Below are positions 55,210-64,000 of a DNA stretch of 64,000 bases, piece by piece. Position numbers and translations under genes: made by a program. A model generated the notes under the pieces. The model searched no databases. It was not told the DNA's origin and saw nothing but the letters and a program-made list of their open reading frames with translations. The first letter of the stretch is position 1. Each line of letters starts with the position of its first letter. The stretch is from Balneolaceae bacterium. Lineage in GTDB: Bacteria > Bacteroidota > Rhodothermia > Balneolales > Balneolaceae. The stretch covers positions 3,440-67,439 of the forward strand of contig JAFIFA010000063.1 in NCBI GenBank assembly GCA_020832225.1, written 5' to 3'.

Positions 55210-56340
55210 ATGAAAATAAACCGGCTTAAGCTTACCAACTTCAGAAATCATGAGGCTGCAGAGGTTCACCCTGCCCCTCATCTCAATCTGATTACGGGCC
55301 CGAATGGCGCAGGTAAAACAAGCCTGATCGACGCCATTCACTACCTCTGCATGAGCCGCAGTTTTGTCTCAACAAGTGATCTATATGTTGCTCATCAGGA
55401 TCATAAATATTTTATGATTGAGGGCGATTTTGAGGGGGAGATTCGGGCATCCTTCAAGGTAGGTTGCAGCTACTCACGCGGAGATGGGAAAAAAATCTTT
55501 GTGAACGACAGTCCTCTCAGCCGCCTTTCTGATCTGATTGGAATGGTGCCTGTTGTGGTGCTCAGTCCCGAGGATCAGAAGCTGACGAGTGAAGGGCCTG
55601 CAGAAAGGAGATCATTTCTGGATGCACTTATCAGCCAGATTTCACCCAAATACCTGCGGAATCTGATCCGCTTCAGGAAAATCCGGAAACAACGAAACAG
55701 GCTGCTACAGGAGTTTCGTGGACCTCTGGATGCACTTGCCGGAATGCTGGAACCCTGGAACGTGCAGCTGGTTGAAGCCGGTACGGCAATCATTCATAAG
55801 CGTGCCGAAGTGCTGAATCAGTTCAGCCGATATCTTGCGTTACAGTACCGTACCATATCGGAACTGAACCTTGAGCCGAGGTTGACATACCAGACGATCT
55901 GTGACGAAACCTCGGCCCCTGAGGCGATCAGCAGCAGCTACTATGAGCAGCTGAAGTCGGCATTGGAGAAAGAGGCTGAACGTGAGCAGACCCTGATAGG
56001 TCCGCACAGAGATGAAGTGGTTTTTTATCTGGATGATATGGAGCTCCGGAATTTCGGATCACAGGGCCAGCACCGCCTTTTTGCAATGGCTTTGAAGATG
56101 GCGCAGCTCTTTTATTACTCAGATGAGCTGGACGATCTGCCGATTATGCTTTTGGATGATGTTTTTGGGAATCTTGATCAGCAAAAAACCGATATTATCA
56201 CCGAAACATTGACCAGACATTCCGGTCAGACCTTTATCACTTCGGCCTCCGATCGCCCCTTCAGCAAAGACCTCTTTGAGGGACGCGAGAAGAATCGATG
56301 GTTCACGGTCGAAGATGGAACTGTAAAGAAAAAATATTGA
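55210..56340 (+). CDS. recF: DNA replication and repair protein RecF
   Basis: GPNGAGKTS Walker A, the SQGQHR signature region and LLDDV Walker B. 376 aa. Confidence 0.93.
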   Translation: MKINRLKLTNFRNHEAAEVHPAPHLNLITGPNGAGKTSLIDAIHYLCMSRSFVSTSDLYVAHQDHKYFMIEGDFEGEIRASFKVGCSYSRGDGKKIFVNDSPLSRLSDLIGMVPVVVLSPEDQKLTSEGPAERRSFLDALISQISPKYLRNLIRFRKIRKQRNRLLQEFRGPLDALAGMLEPWNVQLVEAGTAIIHKRAEVLNQFSRYLALQYRTISELNLEPRLTYQTICDETSAPEAISSSYYEQLKSALEKEAEREQTLIGPHRDEVVFYLDDMELRNFGSQGQHRLFAMALKMAQLFYYSDELDDLPIMLLDDVFGNLDQQKTDIITETLTRHSGQTFITSASDRPFSKDLFEGREKNRWFTVEDGTVKKKY

Positions 56341-56351
56341 CCTGCATCACT

Positions 56352-56648
56352 ATGGCATTCGGAAAAAAACCAAAGCCGATGAATGAACTTCTCCGTGAAG
56401 CGCTCAAGAAGATGCCTCAGCGGACTGAGTTAAAGCGGGGAATGGTTCTCCATTTCTGGCCGGAGGTGGTTGGCGAGAGGATTAAGTCGGTCACAAAAGA
56501 CCTTCGTTTTGAGGGAGAGCGGCTCATCGTTAAGGTTGATAATGAGGCATGGAGACACGAAATTCATGCAAACAGGTTCTCAATTATAAAAAGATTGAAC
56601 GACAAGGTCGGTTCAAAAGTAGTCAAAGAGCTGATAGTGCGCGCATAA
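56352..56648 (+). CDS. DUF721 domain protein (recF-associated)
   Basis: WPEVVGERIKSVTKDLRFEGERLIVKVDNEAWRHEI matches the DUF721 pattern. It sits in the conserved position after recF. Start at ATG 56352. Confidence 0.8.
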   Translation: MAFGKKPKPMNELLREALKKMPQRTELKRGMVLHFWPEVVGERIKSVTKDLRFEGERLIVKVDNEAWRHEIHANRFSIIKRLNDKVGSKVVKELIVRA

Positions 56649-56675
56649 ACCCTTTTTACTTCTTATCATAAAGCA

Positions 56676-57680
56676 ATGGGCTTATTTTCATTTATAACGG
56701 ACCGTGTTAAATCGTTCTTCTCTGATGAACCGGCAACACCGGAAGAGGCGGATCACAGCGGATTCTTTACCCGCGAAAAGGTGATTGCATTCAGTGCGGC
56801 GCTCTTTATCTCCATCAGTCTCTGGTTAATTGTAAACCTGAGCCGTGATTTTAACGTTACGATCCAGGTTCCGATTCAGATCGTAAATCTTCCCGATGAT
56901 GTTGCTCTCAGTAACGATGTGCCCGAATACGCTTCGGTAAACCTTACAGGTGAGGGGTGGAAATTGATTCCCATCTACAATAACCCTCCCAGAATCAGCC
57001 TTACTGCAGAGTCGCAGGAGATCAATCTTTTCGATCAGATGAGGAACCAGGTTAGCGCCTTTTCTGACTTGAACGTGCAGCAGGTTGATCCGCTTTCAAT
57101 CCGAATCGAGACAGAGCTTAAGGCAACCAAGCGGGTTCCCGTCTACTCCCGTGTCGAACTAAATATGAGAAACCGCTACGGTGCTGTTCAGGCGCCCGTT
57201 CTGGAGCCCGACAGCGTTACAATTACAGGTCCTGAATCGAGGCTTGCCGATATCAGCAGGTGGGAAACCGCCGAGGTTGAGCTCAGGGATGTAAGTTCAA
57301 ACGTGGAGCGTACTATTGATTTGCGCTCCTCCGGTTCAGGTATTCGTGTTGAACCGCAAACGGTTAACCTGCGAGTAGAAGTGGCCGAATTTACAGAGTC
57401 GGAAGTAAGGGTGCCGGTTCGAACACGAAATCTTCCATCGGGTGAGGCGGTAACCTTCAATCCATCCTCCATTACGGTTCGCTTCGATGTGCCTATCGAT
57501 AAGTTCAGTGAAGTGCAGGAGTCAAGACCGTTTACTGCATTTGTAGACTACGCAGCATTGGAAGCGGATACCACCGGTTTTATCACCCCTCAGATTGAAA
57601 ACTCACAAGAAGATATCAACGTGAGAGTGAGGAGCTTTCGGCCAACCCAGGTCTCCTACTTCAACATCGTTCAGGACTAA
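56676..57680 (+). CDS. YbbR-like domain-containing membrane-anchored protein
   Basis: N-terminal TM (AALFISISLWLIVNL) followed by repeated about 85-aa beta-rich YbbR-type modules. Confidence 0.6.
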   Translation: MGLFSFITDRVKSFFSDEPATPEEADHSGFFTREKVIAFSAALFISISLWLIVNLSRDFNVTIQVPIQIVNLPDDVALSNDVPEYASVNLTGEGWKLIPIYNNPPRISLTAESQEINLFDQMRNQVSAFSDLNVQQVDPLSIRIETELKATKRVPVYSRVELNMRNRYGAVQAPVLEPDSVTITGPESRLADISRWETAEVELRDVSSNVERTIDLRSSGSGIRVEPQTVNLRVEVAEFTESEVRVPVRTRNLPSGEAVTFNPSSITVRFDVPIDKFSEVQESRPFTAFVDYAALEADTTGFITPQIENSQEDINVRVRSFRPTQVSYFNIVQD

Positions 57681-57705
57681 AAGCACAGAGAGAAAAAAGG
57701 GGCAG

Positions 57706-58956
57706 TTATCCCTCGGTAATGAGGGTCTCCTCAAAAGGCCTCAATACCTCGCTTAAATCAGTGCTGCTCGGGTAAAACTCCAGAATTTTCAACAGAACTT
57801 CGTCTACAAGCACATCGGGGCAGGAAGCTCCGGAAGTCAGCGCAATTTTCAGATGATCCCGGTCGACCGGCAGCCAGTTCTTAGTAGTAAGAATCTCTTT
57901 TTTCCACTGATTGAAATGCCGGATTTTCTGAGGGGAGTCGAATTCACCTGAGTCGCGCAGATGGTAGGTTGGGCAGGTATGCTCAAGTATCTCAACAAGG
58001 TGCATCGTGTTCGATGAGTTGTAGCCACCAACCACAATGGCGATGTCCGGCTTGGCATCGGCAAGGGCGTAGGTAGCCGACTGATTCTCATTTGTGGCAT
58101 AGCAAAGGGTGTCTGATGTGTCTGCGAAGTGGTTCAGAACATTCTCTTCTCCAAAACGCTCCTTCGCCGCTTCCTTCAGGATATCCATAACCTTCTGCGT
58201 CTCCGTAGCCAGCATGGTGGTCTGGTTTATCACCCCGAAATATTCCAGATCAGTTAGTGGGTTAAACCCTTCCGTGCTCTTGTGTCCGAAGTGTGCTTCG
58301 AAGTCCTTCAGCGGACGCTTTTCGGTCATGATTTCAGCCAGAATTGTTGCCTCTTCCGGGTTTAGAACGACGACTGTGGCAGAGTGGTCTGCACTGTGCG
58401 AAAATGTGGCTCGGGTCTCCTCATGCCGGTGTTTGCCGTGAACCACCAGGCTATACCCCTTCTTGCCGAGCTGCTTCCCCCGTTTCCACACTTTCTCTAC
58501 AAATGGGCAGGTGGTATTAAATTCATAGGGATCAATACCGCGCTCCCTTAGCTGCTCGCCAATCTCCAGGGTGGTGCCAAAAGCGGGTACAATTACGATA
58601 TCATCCGAAGAGAGTGTGCTGATTGGAATTTTCACCGTGCCGTCTGTATCGAACAGAAACTTCACTCCCCGCTTCTGCAGGTCTTCGTTGACGGTGGGGT
58701 TGTGAATCATCTCGCTGAGGAGATAGATATCCTTATCCGGATTCTGCTCAACGGCACGGTAGGCGATATCAATTGCATTTTCTACGCCGTAGCAAAACCC
58801 GAAATGGCGGGGAATCAAAAATGTAACCGGCCCAAAGTTCAGTGTCGATGGTTCGAGATCCTTTTTTCTTGGATCGGTAACCTTGTTCGCCTCCTTAACC
58901 TTTCGGATGACGGGAGACTTGTACATTGCCGGAATTTCGAACTCTTTTCGGGCCAT
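57706..58956 (-). CDS. ispH: 4-hydroxy-3-methylbut-2-enyl diphosphate reductase, long (cyanobacterial/plant-type) form
   Basis: FGFCYGVENAI (first Cys ligand), the ATNENQS region and GGYNSSNT. It has an N-terminal extension of about 50 aa (YKSPVIRKVKE…) and is 416 aa in total. Confidence 0.9.
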   Translation of the reverse strand: MARKEFEIPAMYKSPVIRKVKEANKVTDPRKKDLEPSTLNFGPVTFLIPRHFGFCYGVENAIDIAYRAVEQNPDKDIYLLSEMIHNPTVNEDLQKRGVKFLFDTDGTVKIPISTLSSDDIVIVPAFGTTLEIGEQLRERGIDPYEFNTTCPFVEKVWKRGKQLGKKGYSLVVHGKHRHEETRATFSHSADHSATVVVLNPEEATILAEIMTEKRPLKDFEAHFGHKSTEGFNPLTDLEYFGVINQTTMLATETQKVMDILKEAAKERFGEENVLNHFADTSDTLCYATNENQSATYALADAKPDIAIVVGGYNSSNTMHLVEILEHTCPTYHLRDSGEFDSPQKIRHFNQWKKEILTTKNWLPVDRDHLKIALTSGASCPDVLVDEVLLKILEFYPSSTDLSEVLRPFEETLITEG

Positions 58957-59208
58957 TGGTTTATTGAGTATTTCAGGTCGGTATATTTGCTGCAGGAAGC
59001 CGCAATCTTTCGCAGTATCGGAATTTATATTCAGGTGAAAGATACAAAGTTAAAGAGAGAAACACGGGCCGATCCTCAGGGGTTCGCAGATCTGTGTGCT
59101 GTATTAAAAAAAGGAATTATGTGAAATTTTAATGCAAAATAAAGATCCGCTTTCATATAATATTCGTGAGTGCAACCGGAATTCTGAAAACAGAACAGGG
59201 AGAGAGTT

Positions 59209-59685
59209 ATGTCGCATATTATAAAACCCGAAGCAGGTAGCTTCAGGCTCTTCAGAGCAGGACTTTTCCTCTCATCATCACTAATGATTTTCATCTTTGC
59301 ACCCACACTGTTTGGTTATGAGGTGATCCCCGCCTACTTTCCACAATTCGTGGAGGGGCTTTTTACGGGCCTTGGTATCGGATTTTTCGCCTACTCCCTC
59401 TTCAGAAACAAGCCCGGGTCAATCGGATTGAATGAGGAGAAACTCTCTGTTTGGAATACATCATGGGATAAGAGTGTAAGGTGGGATCAGCTACGGGAGG
59501 TTCGTCTTTATCGAAACAGAATCGAGTTCACCTTTGCCAAATCGGGAATTACAGACTCGATTCGAATTCCGATGCTTGTTCGTTCAAAAGCTGATGAAAT
59601 AAAAAGCGCCCTCTCTGAGCTGACGGCAAAAAATGGAATAGAGTTTCACTATGAAGTGGAGTTGGCGGTACAGCAAATCCGATAG
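59209..59685 (+). CDS. Hypothetical 2-TM membrane protein with a soluble C-terminal (PH-like?) domain
   Basis: Two hydrophobic helices within aa 17-65, then a soluble domain of about 90 aa. No family recognised. Confidence 0.5.
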   Translation: MSHIIKPEAGSFRLFRAGLFLSSSLMIFIFAPTLFGYEVIPAYFPQFVEGLFTGLGIGFFAYSLFRNKPGSIGLNEEKLSVWNTSWDKSVRWDQLREVRLYRNRIEFTFAKSGITDSIRIPMLVRSKADEIKSALSELTAKNGIEFHYEVELAVQQIR

Positions 59686-59951
59686 CTTATTGGCTCTCAA
59701 CGGGCAGATGTAAAGAGTGTATCCGATTTCGGAAAAACTTCCTTATCTTGAGAGGATAATCATACTGACGTTCAACGTTGACCTGCCAACCGGTACCTTT
59801 TTGCTCTCCTTCAGTAAGTTCACTTCTGAACATTGTAAAACGCGCTTTTGGCCAGGGAGTATCTCCGGCTTCCGATTTTAAGATCATACAGACAAGAGCG
59901 GAGCGATGCGCGTGTGGGACGACAGATCTCAATTAAATTTCCAATTACGAT

Positions 59952-61247
59952 ATGAATAACAAATTATTCTCAGAGCTGGGTATCCAGCCTGACATTCTTG
60001 CATCTATTGCCGAAATGGGTTTTGAAGAACCCACCTCAATTCAGAAACGATCTATACCCACTATTTTAAGCGGTGTTGACGTTGTGGGGCAGGCTCAGAC
60101 GGGTACAGGTAAAACCGGTGCATTCGGTATTCCGGCCATTCAAATGGCAAACAAAGGGTCAAAAACCCCAAGTGTACTGATTTTATGCCCAACACGGGAG
60201 CTTGCGATTCAGGTAACCGGAGAGCTGATCAAGCTAGCCAGACACGCAGAGGGTGTGTTTACAGTACCAATTTACGGAGGTCAGCCAATTAGCAGGCAGA
60301 TTAAGGCCCTCAAAAAGGGAGCACAAATTGTTGTGGGAACTCCGGGGCGGATTATCGATCACCTCAAACGGGGCACGCTCAGGCTCGGCAGCCTGAAGAT
60401 GGTAGTACTGGATGAGGCGGATGAGATGCTGAACATGGGCTTCCGCGAAGATCTGGAAGAGATTTTGAGCTACAGCGAGAACGACTCTCAAAAAGTGATG
60501 TTCTCCGCAACGGTACCGAAGGCGATCCGCCAGATTATGAATCGGTGGATGAAAAATCCCGAGATGATTCAGGTGAAAGGAAAAGCGGAAACTGCAGTCG
60601 GAATTACCCAGTATGTGATGGAGGTTCGGGACTCAATGAGAACCGAGGCCGTGAGCCGCGTCATGGATATGGGCAATTTCAATCTCGGGTTGGTATTCTG
60701 TAATACCAAAAAGCTCTGCGACTCCCTTGTTCTCGAGCTTCAGTCACGGGGTTTTAGTGCTGATGCTTTACATGGTGACATGAATCAGCGCGTTCGTGAT
60801 AAAGTGATGAAGAAGTTCAGAGATGGACATATTGAGCTGTTGGTTGCAACTGATGTAGCCGCCCGCGGGCTTGATGTGGATGATATTGACGTGGTTTTCA
60901 ACTACGATATTCCACAAGACCCGGAGTTCTACGTCCACAGAATTGGCCGAACCGGCCGTGCAGGAAAAACCGGTGTGTCGATCACATTCAGCTCCGGACG
61001 CAAGAGAAAGCGAATTCGCTTTATCGAAAAGGTGATTCGTACCCGCCTGGAGCCAATCCCGATGCCATCTGTAAAAGAGGTTCAGCTATCAAAGATGGAC
61101 CAGCATCTGGATGAACTTCAGAAGACGCTGCAAGCCGGTGGGTTGCGGGAGTATATCGATCTGCTCGAGCCTCTTGCGGAGGGTGATTACACCTCCATCG
61201 AACTTGCTGCGGCACTCTTTAAGATGAAGGTCGAAAGTAAATCATAA
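59952..61247 (+). CDS. DEAD-box ATP-dependent RNA helicase
   Basis: All canonical motifs are present: Q motif PTSIQ, AQTGTGKT, PTRELA, TPGR, DEAD, SAT, HRIGRTGRAG. Confidence 0.95.
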   Translation: MNNKLFSELGIQPDILASIAEMGFEEPTSIQKRSIPTILSGVDVVGQAQTGTGKTGAFGIPAIQMANKGSKTPSVLILCPTRELAIQVTGELIKLARHAEGVFTVPIYGGQPISRQIKALKKGAQIVVGTPGRIIDHLKRGTLRLGSLKMVVLDEADEMLNMGFREDLEEILSYSENDSQKVMFSATVPKAIRQIMNRWMKNPEMIQVKGKAETAVGITQYVMEVRDSMRTEAVSRVMDMGNFNLGLVFCNTKKLCDSLVLELQSRGFSADALHGDMNQRVRDKVMKKFRDGHIELLVATDVAARGLDVDDIDVVFNYDIPQDPEFYVHRIGRTGRAGKTGVSITFSSGRKRKRIRFIEKVIRTRLEPIPMPSVKEVQLSKMDQHLDELQKTLQAGGLREYIDLLEPLAEGDYTSIELAAALFKMKVESKS

Positions 61248-61296
61248 AAGATGAGACTATGGGGGGGCAGCTGTTCTGCAGAGGCCCCCGCTTATC

Positions 61297-62442
61297 TTAA
61301 TCTTCGTTGCCGCTTTTCTCGTCATTTCCGCTCTTTTTTTCGCGGATTCCCATATTCAGCGGCCTGTTTTTGTCCCCTGCCAGATAGATTGTCTGTGTTG
61401 GGAATGCAAAGTCGATTCCCTCCTCATTAAACCGTCTGAAGATCTCGCTGTTCACCCATTCAGTAAAGTCCATATATTTCCAGAAATCCGGGGGATGATA
61501 CCAGTAGAAACACTTCAGATTGAGCGAATCCGAATTTAGGTTGTCGAAATAGACGCGAGGCGGCAGGTTCTCATTCATTCCTTCGTGATTGTCGAGGATC
61601 TCTATGAGGATCTCACGAGCCCGATTTACCATCTCCGGGGAGGTGTCGTAAGTTATAGTAACATCAAAAACGCGCCGGATAGACTCTCTCTTGCCGATGT
61701 TGTGAATGGTCATATTTGCCAGGTTACCATTAGGCACGGTTAGAACATGGCCATCGAGCGTACGGATTTTTGTGGTTCGAACACCCACTTCGAGTACACT
61801 TCCAAGCTTTCCGTCGAGATCAATCAGCTCACCTACATTGAATGGCTTGTCGGCAAAAATCATCAGGGATCCAAAAAAGTTACGGATGGTATCCTGAGCA
61901 GCAAGACCAAGAGCAAGGCCACCAATACCAATACCGGCGAGAATACTCGTGATTGGCTGATCGCTGAGCGCCTGGGCAGACTGCAGAACAACCAAAATCA
62001 CAACCGCTACACGGATCGATTTACCAACAATCGGAATGAGCATGTCATCGATATTGACGGAGTCTGCAGACCCGAAACGTCTGAGCCAGCGGTCAAGCAC
62101 ATCAACCTGGCGATAGATAAAATGCCCGATAGCGAGGATGATCAAAAGCTCAAGAACGGTATTGAGCAGGCTCTGAAAGCCATCCGGGACATTCAGGAAG
62201 GTCATCCCGATGGCAAGGCCGAAGGCAAAGAATAGAAAGGTGACGGATATTGAGGCCGATTGAGCGGAAACCGCCAACATTCCCCTACCGGCACTCTCCA
62301 GTTTTGGCCTGATCCTGTTCAGGAAAAATTTGCTTAGCTTGCCTCCCAAAAAAGAGAGCGCAATAATTACAATGAAGAGCAGAATTCTCCAGAGTTCGTT
62401 ACCGGCAAAGACATATTCAGCCGGCTCTGTTAAAAATTCCAT
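61297..62442 (-). CDS. Mechanosensitive ion channel (MscS family)
   Basis: Four or five TM segments, then the conserved FADKPFNVGELIDLDGKLGSVLEVGVRTTKIRTLDG beta-domain. Confidence 0.88.
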   Translation of the reverse strand: MEFLTEPAEYVFAGNELWRILLFIVIIALSFLGGKLSKFFLNRIRPKLESAGRGMLAVSAQSASISVTFLFFAFGLAIGMTFLNVPDGFQSLLNTVLELLIILAIGHFIYRQVDVLDRWLRRFGSADSVNIDDMLIPIVGKSIRVAVVILVVLQSAQALSDQPITSILAGIGIGGLALGLAAQDTIRNFFGSLMIFADKPFNVGELIDLDGKLGSVLEVGVRTTKIRTLDGHVLTVPNGNLANMTIHNIGKRESIRRVFDVTITYDTSPEMVNRAREILIEILDNHEGMNENLPPRVYFDNLNSDSLNLKCFYWYHPPDFWKYMDFTEWVNSEIFRRFNEEGIDFAFPTQTIYLAGDKNRPLNMGIREKKSGNDEKSGNED

Positions 62443-62607
62443 GCAGCAGTTTCAGTTAGAGATTGAATTGATGGCTTAAAATAGCTATTTACGTTCTGTA
62501 ATCGTAAACCGTTCTGACCTGAATGTTACTTAATCCATTCAGGCAGATAGTGCCGGCGTAGATGGATAACAGCCGGAATGAAAATTCAACAAAGCCAGAT
62601 TAACCGT

Positions 62608-64000
62608 ATGAAGTTATTAAAAGTCAAAAGTGTAGCACTCCTGTTCTTTGTGGTCCTCTTTTTGGATGCCACCGCCCAGCAGGGAGTTTTGCCTGAAGAT
62701 TACTACAAAACCGTCTTTGTGAGCCAGACAGAGATCTCCCCAGATGGAAACTATGTGGCATTTACCCGCACCATCGTGGATGAAGAGAATAACTCTCGCC
62801 ACAGCGAGGTTTGGATGCAGAAATTGAGAAACGGACAACCCGATGGTGAACCCTTCAGGTTTACCGATGCAACGGTTCAGTCCTCCTCCCCGAAATGGTC
62901 TCCGGATGGTGAACTTCTCGGCATTCAGTCGCGTCGGGGTGATGACTCCAACTCCGTACGGTTTATTCGTGTAACCGCCCCGGGTGGTGAAGCGTTTACC
63001 ATTGAGGGACTCGACCGCGATCCGGTTTGGTCGCCCGATGGTAGCCGTATCGCCTTTGTGAGGGAGCCCGAAAGTGATGAGGAGCAACCTGAACGCGCCG
63101 GATGGATCGCCCCTGACGCAATTACGAATACCCTCGACTCAACCCGTTTCGACGGCAGGGTAATTACGCAGATGCGCTATCTGAGCGACGGCCGCTCCAG
63201 TATGCTGCCTCATCCATCCATTCAGAAGAAGCGTCAGCTTTTTGTGATCGATGCCGAGGGTGGCGAGCCCGAGCAGATTACGGATCTGCCCCACCATGTG
63301 AGTCAGATCGAATGGTCTTATGATGGCAATCGAATCTTCTTTTCTGCCGACCCCGAAGAGGATGATGAGTACAACACCGATTTTACCCGAAACCTCTATT
63401 TTGTTGATCTTGAGAGCGGAGAGAGTGAACTTCTGCTTGAAAAAGATGGCAACCAGAGCAACCCCACTCTATCACCAAACGGCCGTTTTCTGGCATTTCA
63501 GCACACACTGGAGCGAGGTGCTGAAACGGACGTGATGATCGTCTCACTGGATCGTAATGGAAGTGTTAATGGCTCTCCACAGAATTTGACAGAAAACTGG
63601 GATCTACAGCCCGGCGGACTGCACTGGACCACAAATGGAAATCGAGTTCGCTTTTCGGCTCAAATCCGCGGAAATGCGCACCTGTTTGAAGTGAACCGTT
63701 CCGGCGGAGAGGTTAGTCAGGTTACGCAGGGTGAGCGCAGGCTTGGATCGATCTCCACCACCAAGGATGGCCGTTATCTCGCCTACACATCGACGGATGC
63801 GGTGACTCCGGCTGAGGTATTTGTTTCACGTGCCGACGGCAGTGGTGAAGCTCAACTCACTCGCTTTAACGAGGAGTGGATGGCGGAGCGTACGATTAAC
63901 CCAGCGGAGCCGATCACCTGGACCGTTGAAGACGGTACCGAAATTGAAGGATGGGTGATTAAGCCGGTTGGTTACGAGGAGGGTGAATCCTATCCGATGG
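62608..64000 (+). CDS. S9-family serine peptidase (prolyl oligopeptidase/acylaminoacyl-peptidase type), 3'-truncated by the window edge
   Basis: ATG at 62608, signal peptide MKLLKVKSVALLFFVVLFLDATAQ, and repeated WSPDG propeller blades. The frame is open to nt 64000 (…EGWVIKPVGYEEGESYPM). It is not in the ORF track because no stop lies in the window. Confidence 0.8.
   Translation, partial: MKLLKVKSVALLFFVVLFLDATAQQGVLPEDYYKTVFVSQTEISPDGNYVAFTRTIVDEENNSRHSEVWMQKLRNGQPDGEPFRFTDATVQSSSPKWSPDGELLGIQSRRGDDSNSVRFIRVTAPGGEAFTIEGLDRDPVWSPDGSRIAFVREPESDEEQPERAGWIAPDAITNTLDSTRFDGRVITQMRYLSDGRSSMLPHPSIQKKRQLFVIDAEGGEPEQITDLPHHVSQIEWSYDGNRIFFSADPEEDDEYNTDFTRNLYFVDLESGESELLLEKDGNQSNPTLSPNGRFLAFQHTLERGAETDVMIVSLDRNGSVNGSPQNLTENWDLQPGGLHWTTNGNRVRFSAQIRGNAHLFEVNRSGGEVSQVTQGERRLGSISTTKDGRYLAYTSTDAVTPAEVFVSRADGSGEAQLTRFNEEWMAERTINPAEPITWTVEDGTEIEGWVIKPVGYEEGESYPM

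Noticed and set aside
59687-59932. An 81-aa minus-strand ORF between the hypothetical membrane protein and the DEAD-box helicase.
   Set aside because: It has a TTG start, no recognisable motif and an atypical composition. It fills the spacer that is more plausibly the helicase promoter and leader.

Overview
This is a densely coding core-chromosome window that includes the replication origin. The gene content looks Bacteroidota/Balneolota-like: TonB, DUF4105, a long-form IspH, a deoxynucleoside kinase and many lipobox or signal-peptide proteins. That taxonomic call is inference only. I support about 55 protein genes. They include lipoate and 2-oxoacid genes (lipA, lipB, lpd), gpsA-plsY, hslO-ndh, mgtE and a czcCBA-type RND metal efflux operon. 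There are several exported Zn-peptidases, a 5'-nucleotidase, dinB with a YdjM-like gene, GDH followed by a Na+/solute symporter, secG, folB-folK, dnaA, prmC, eno, recF-DUF721, ispH, a DEAD-box helicase, mscS and an S9 peptidase that runs off the 3' edge. oriC lies at 50348-50718, between dnaA and prmC, and carries a set of TTATCCACA boxes. I saw no rRNA, tRNA, CRISPR array, transposase or integrase. The most unusual observations are listed here. (1) Two homologues of well-known enzymes have lost every catalytic residue: an SRAP/YedK-like protein and a DEAD-box-like protein. They flank an apparently intact CPBP protease. (2) An 885-bp gene-free, partly very GC-rich patchwork of heptamer arrays, short palindromes and direct or inverted repeats lies at 35.35-36.23 kb, and related fragments occur at two other loci. 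(3) Two small MDEP... ORFs/motifs lie in the spacers of the mgtE / beta-barrel / czc cluster, and the mgtE leader can form mutually exclusive hairpins. (4) A lipoprotein metalloprotease gene is split by an in-frame TGA. (5) A 26-codon membrane ORF abuts the symporter start. No clear novel multi-gene system is evident. All functional claims rest on motif recognition by eye.
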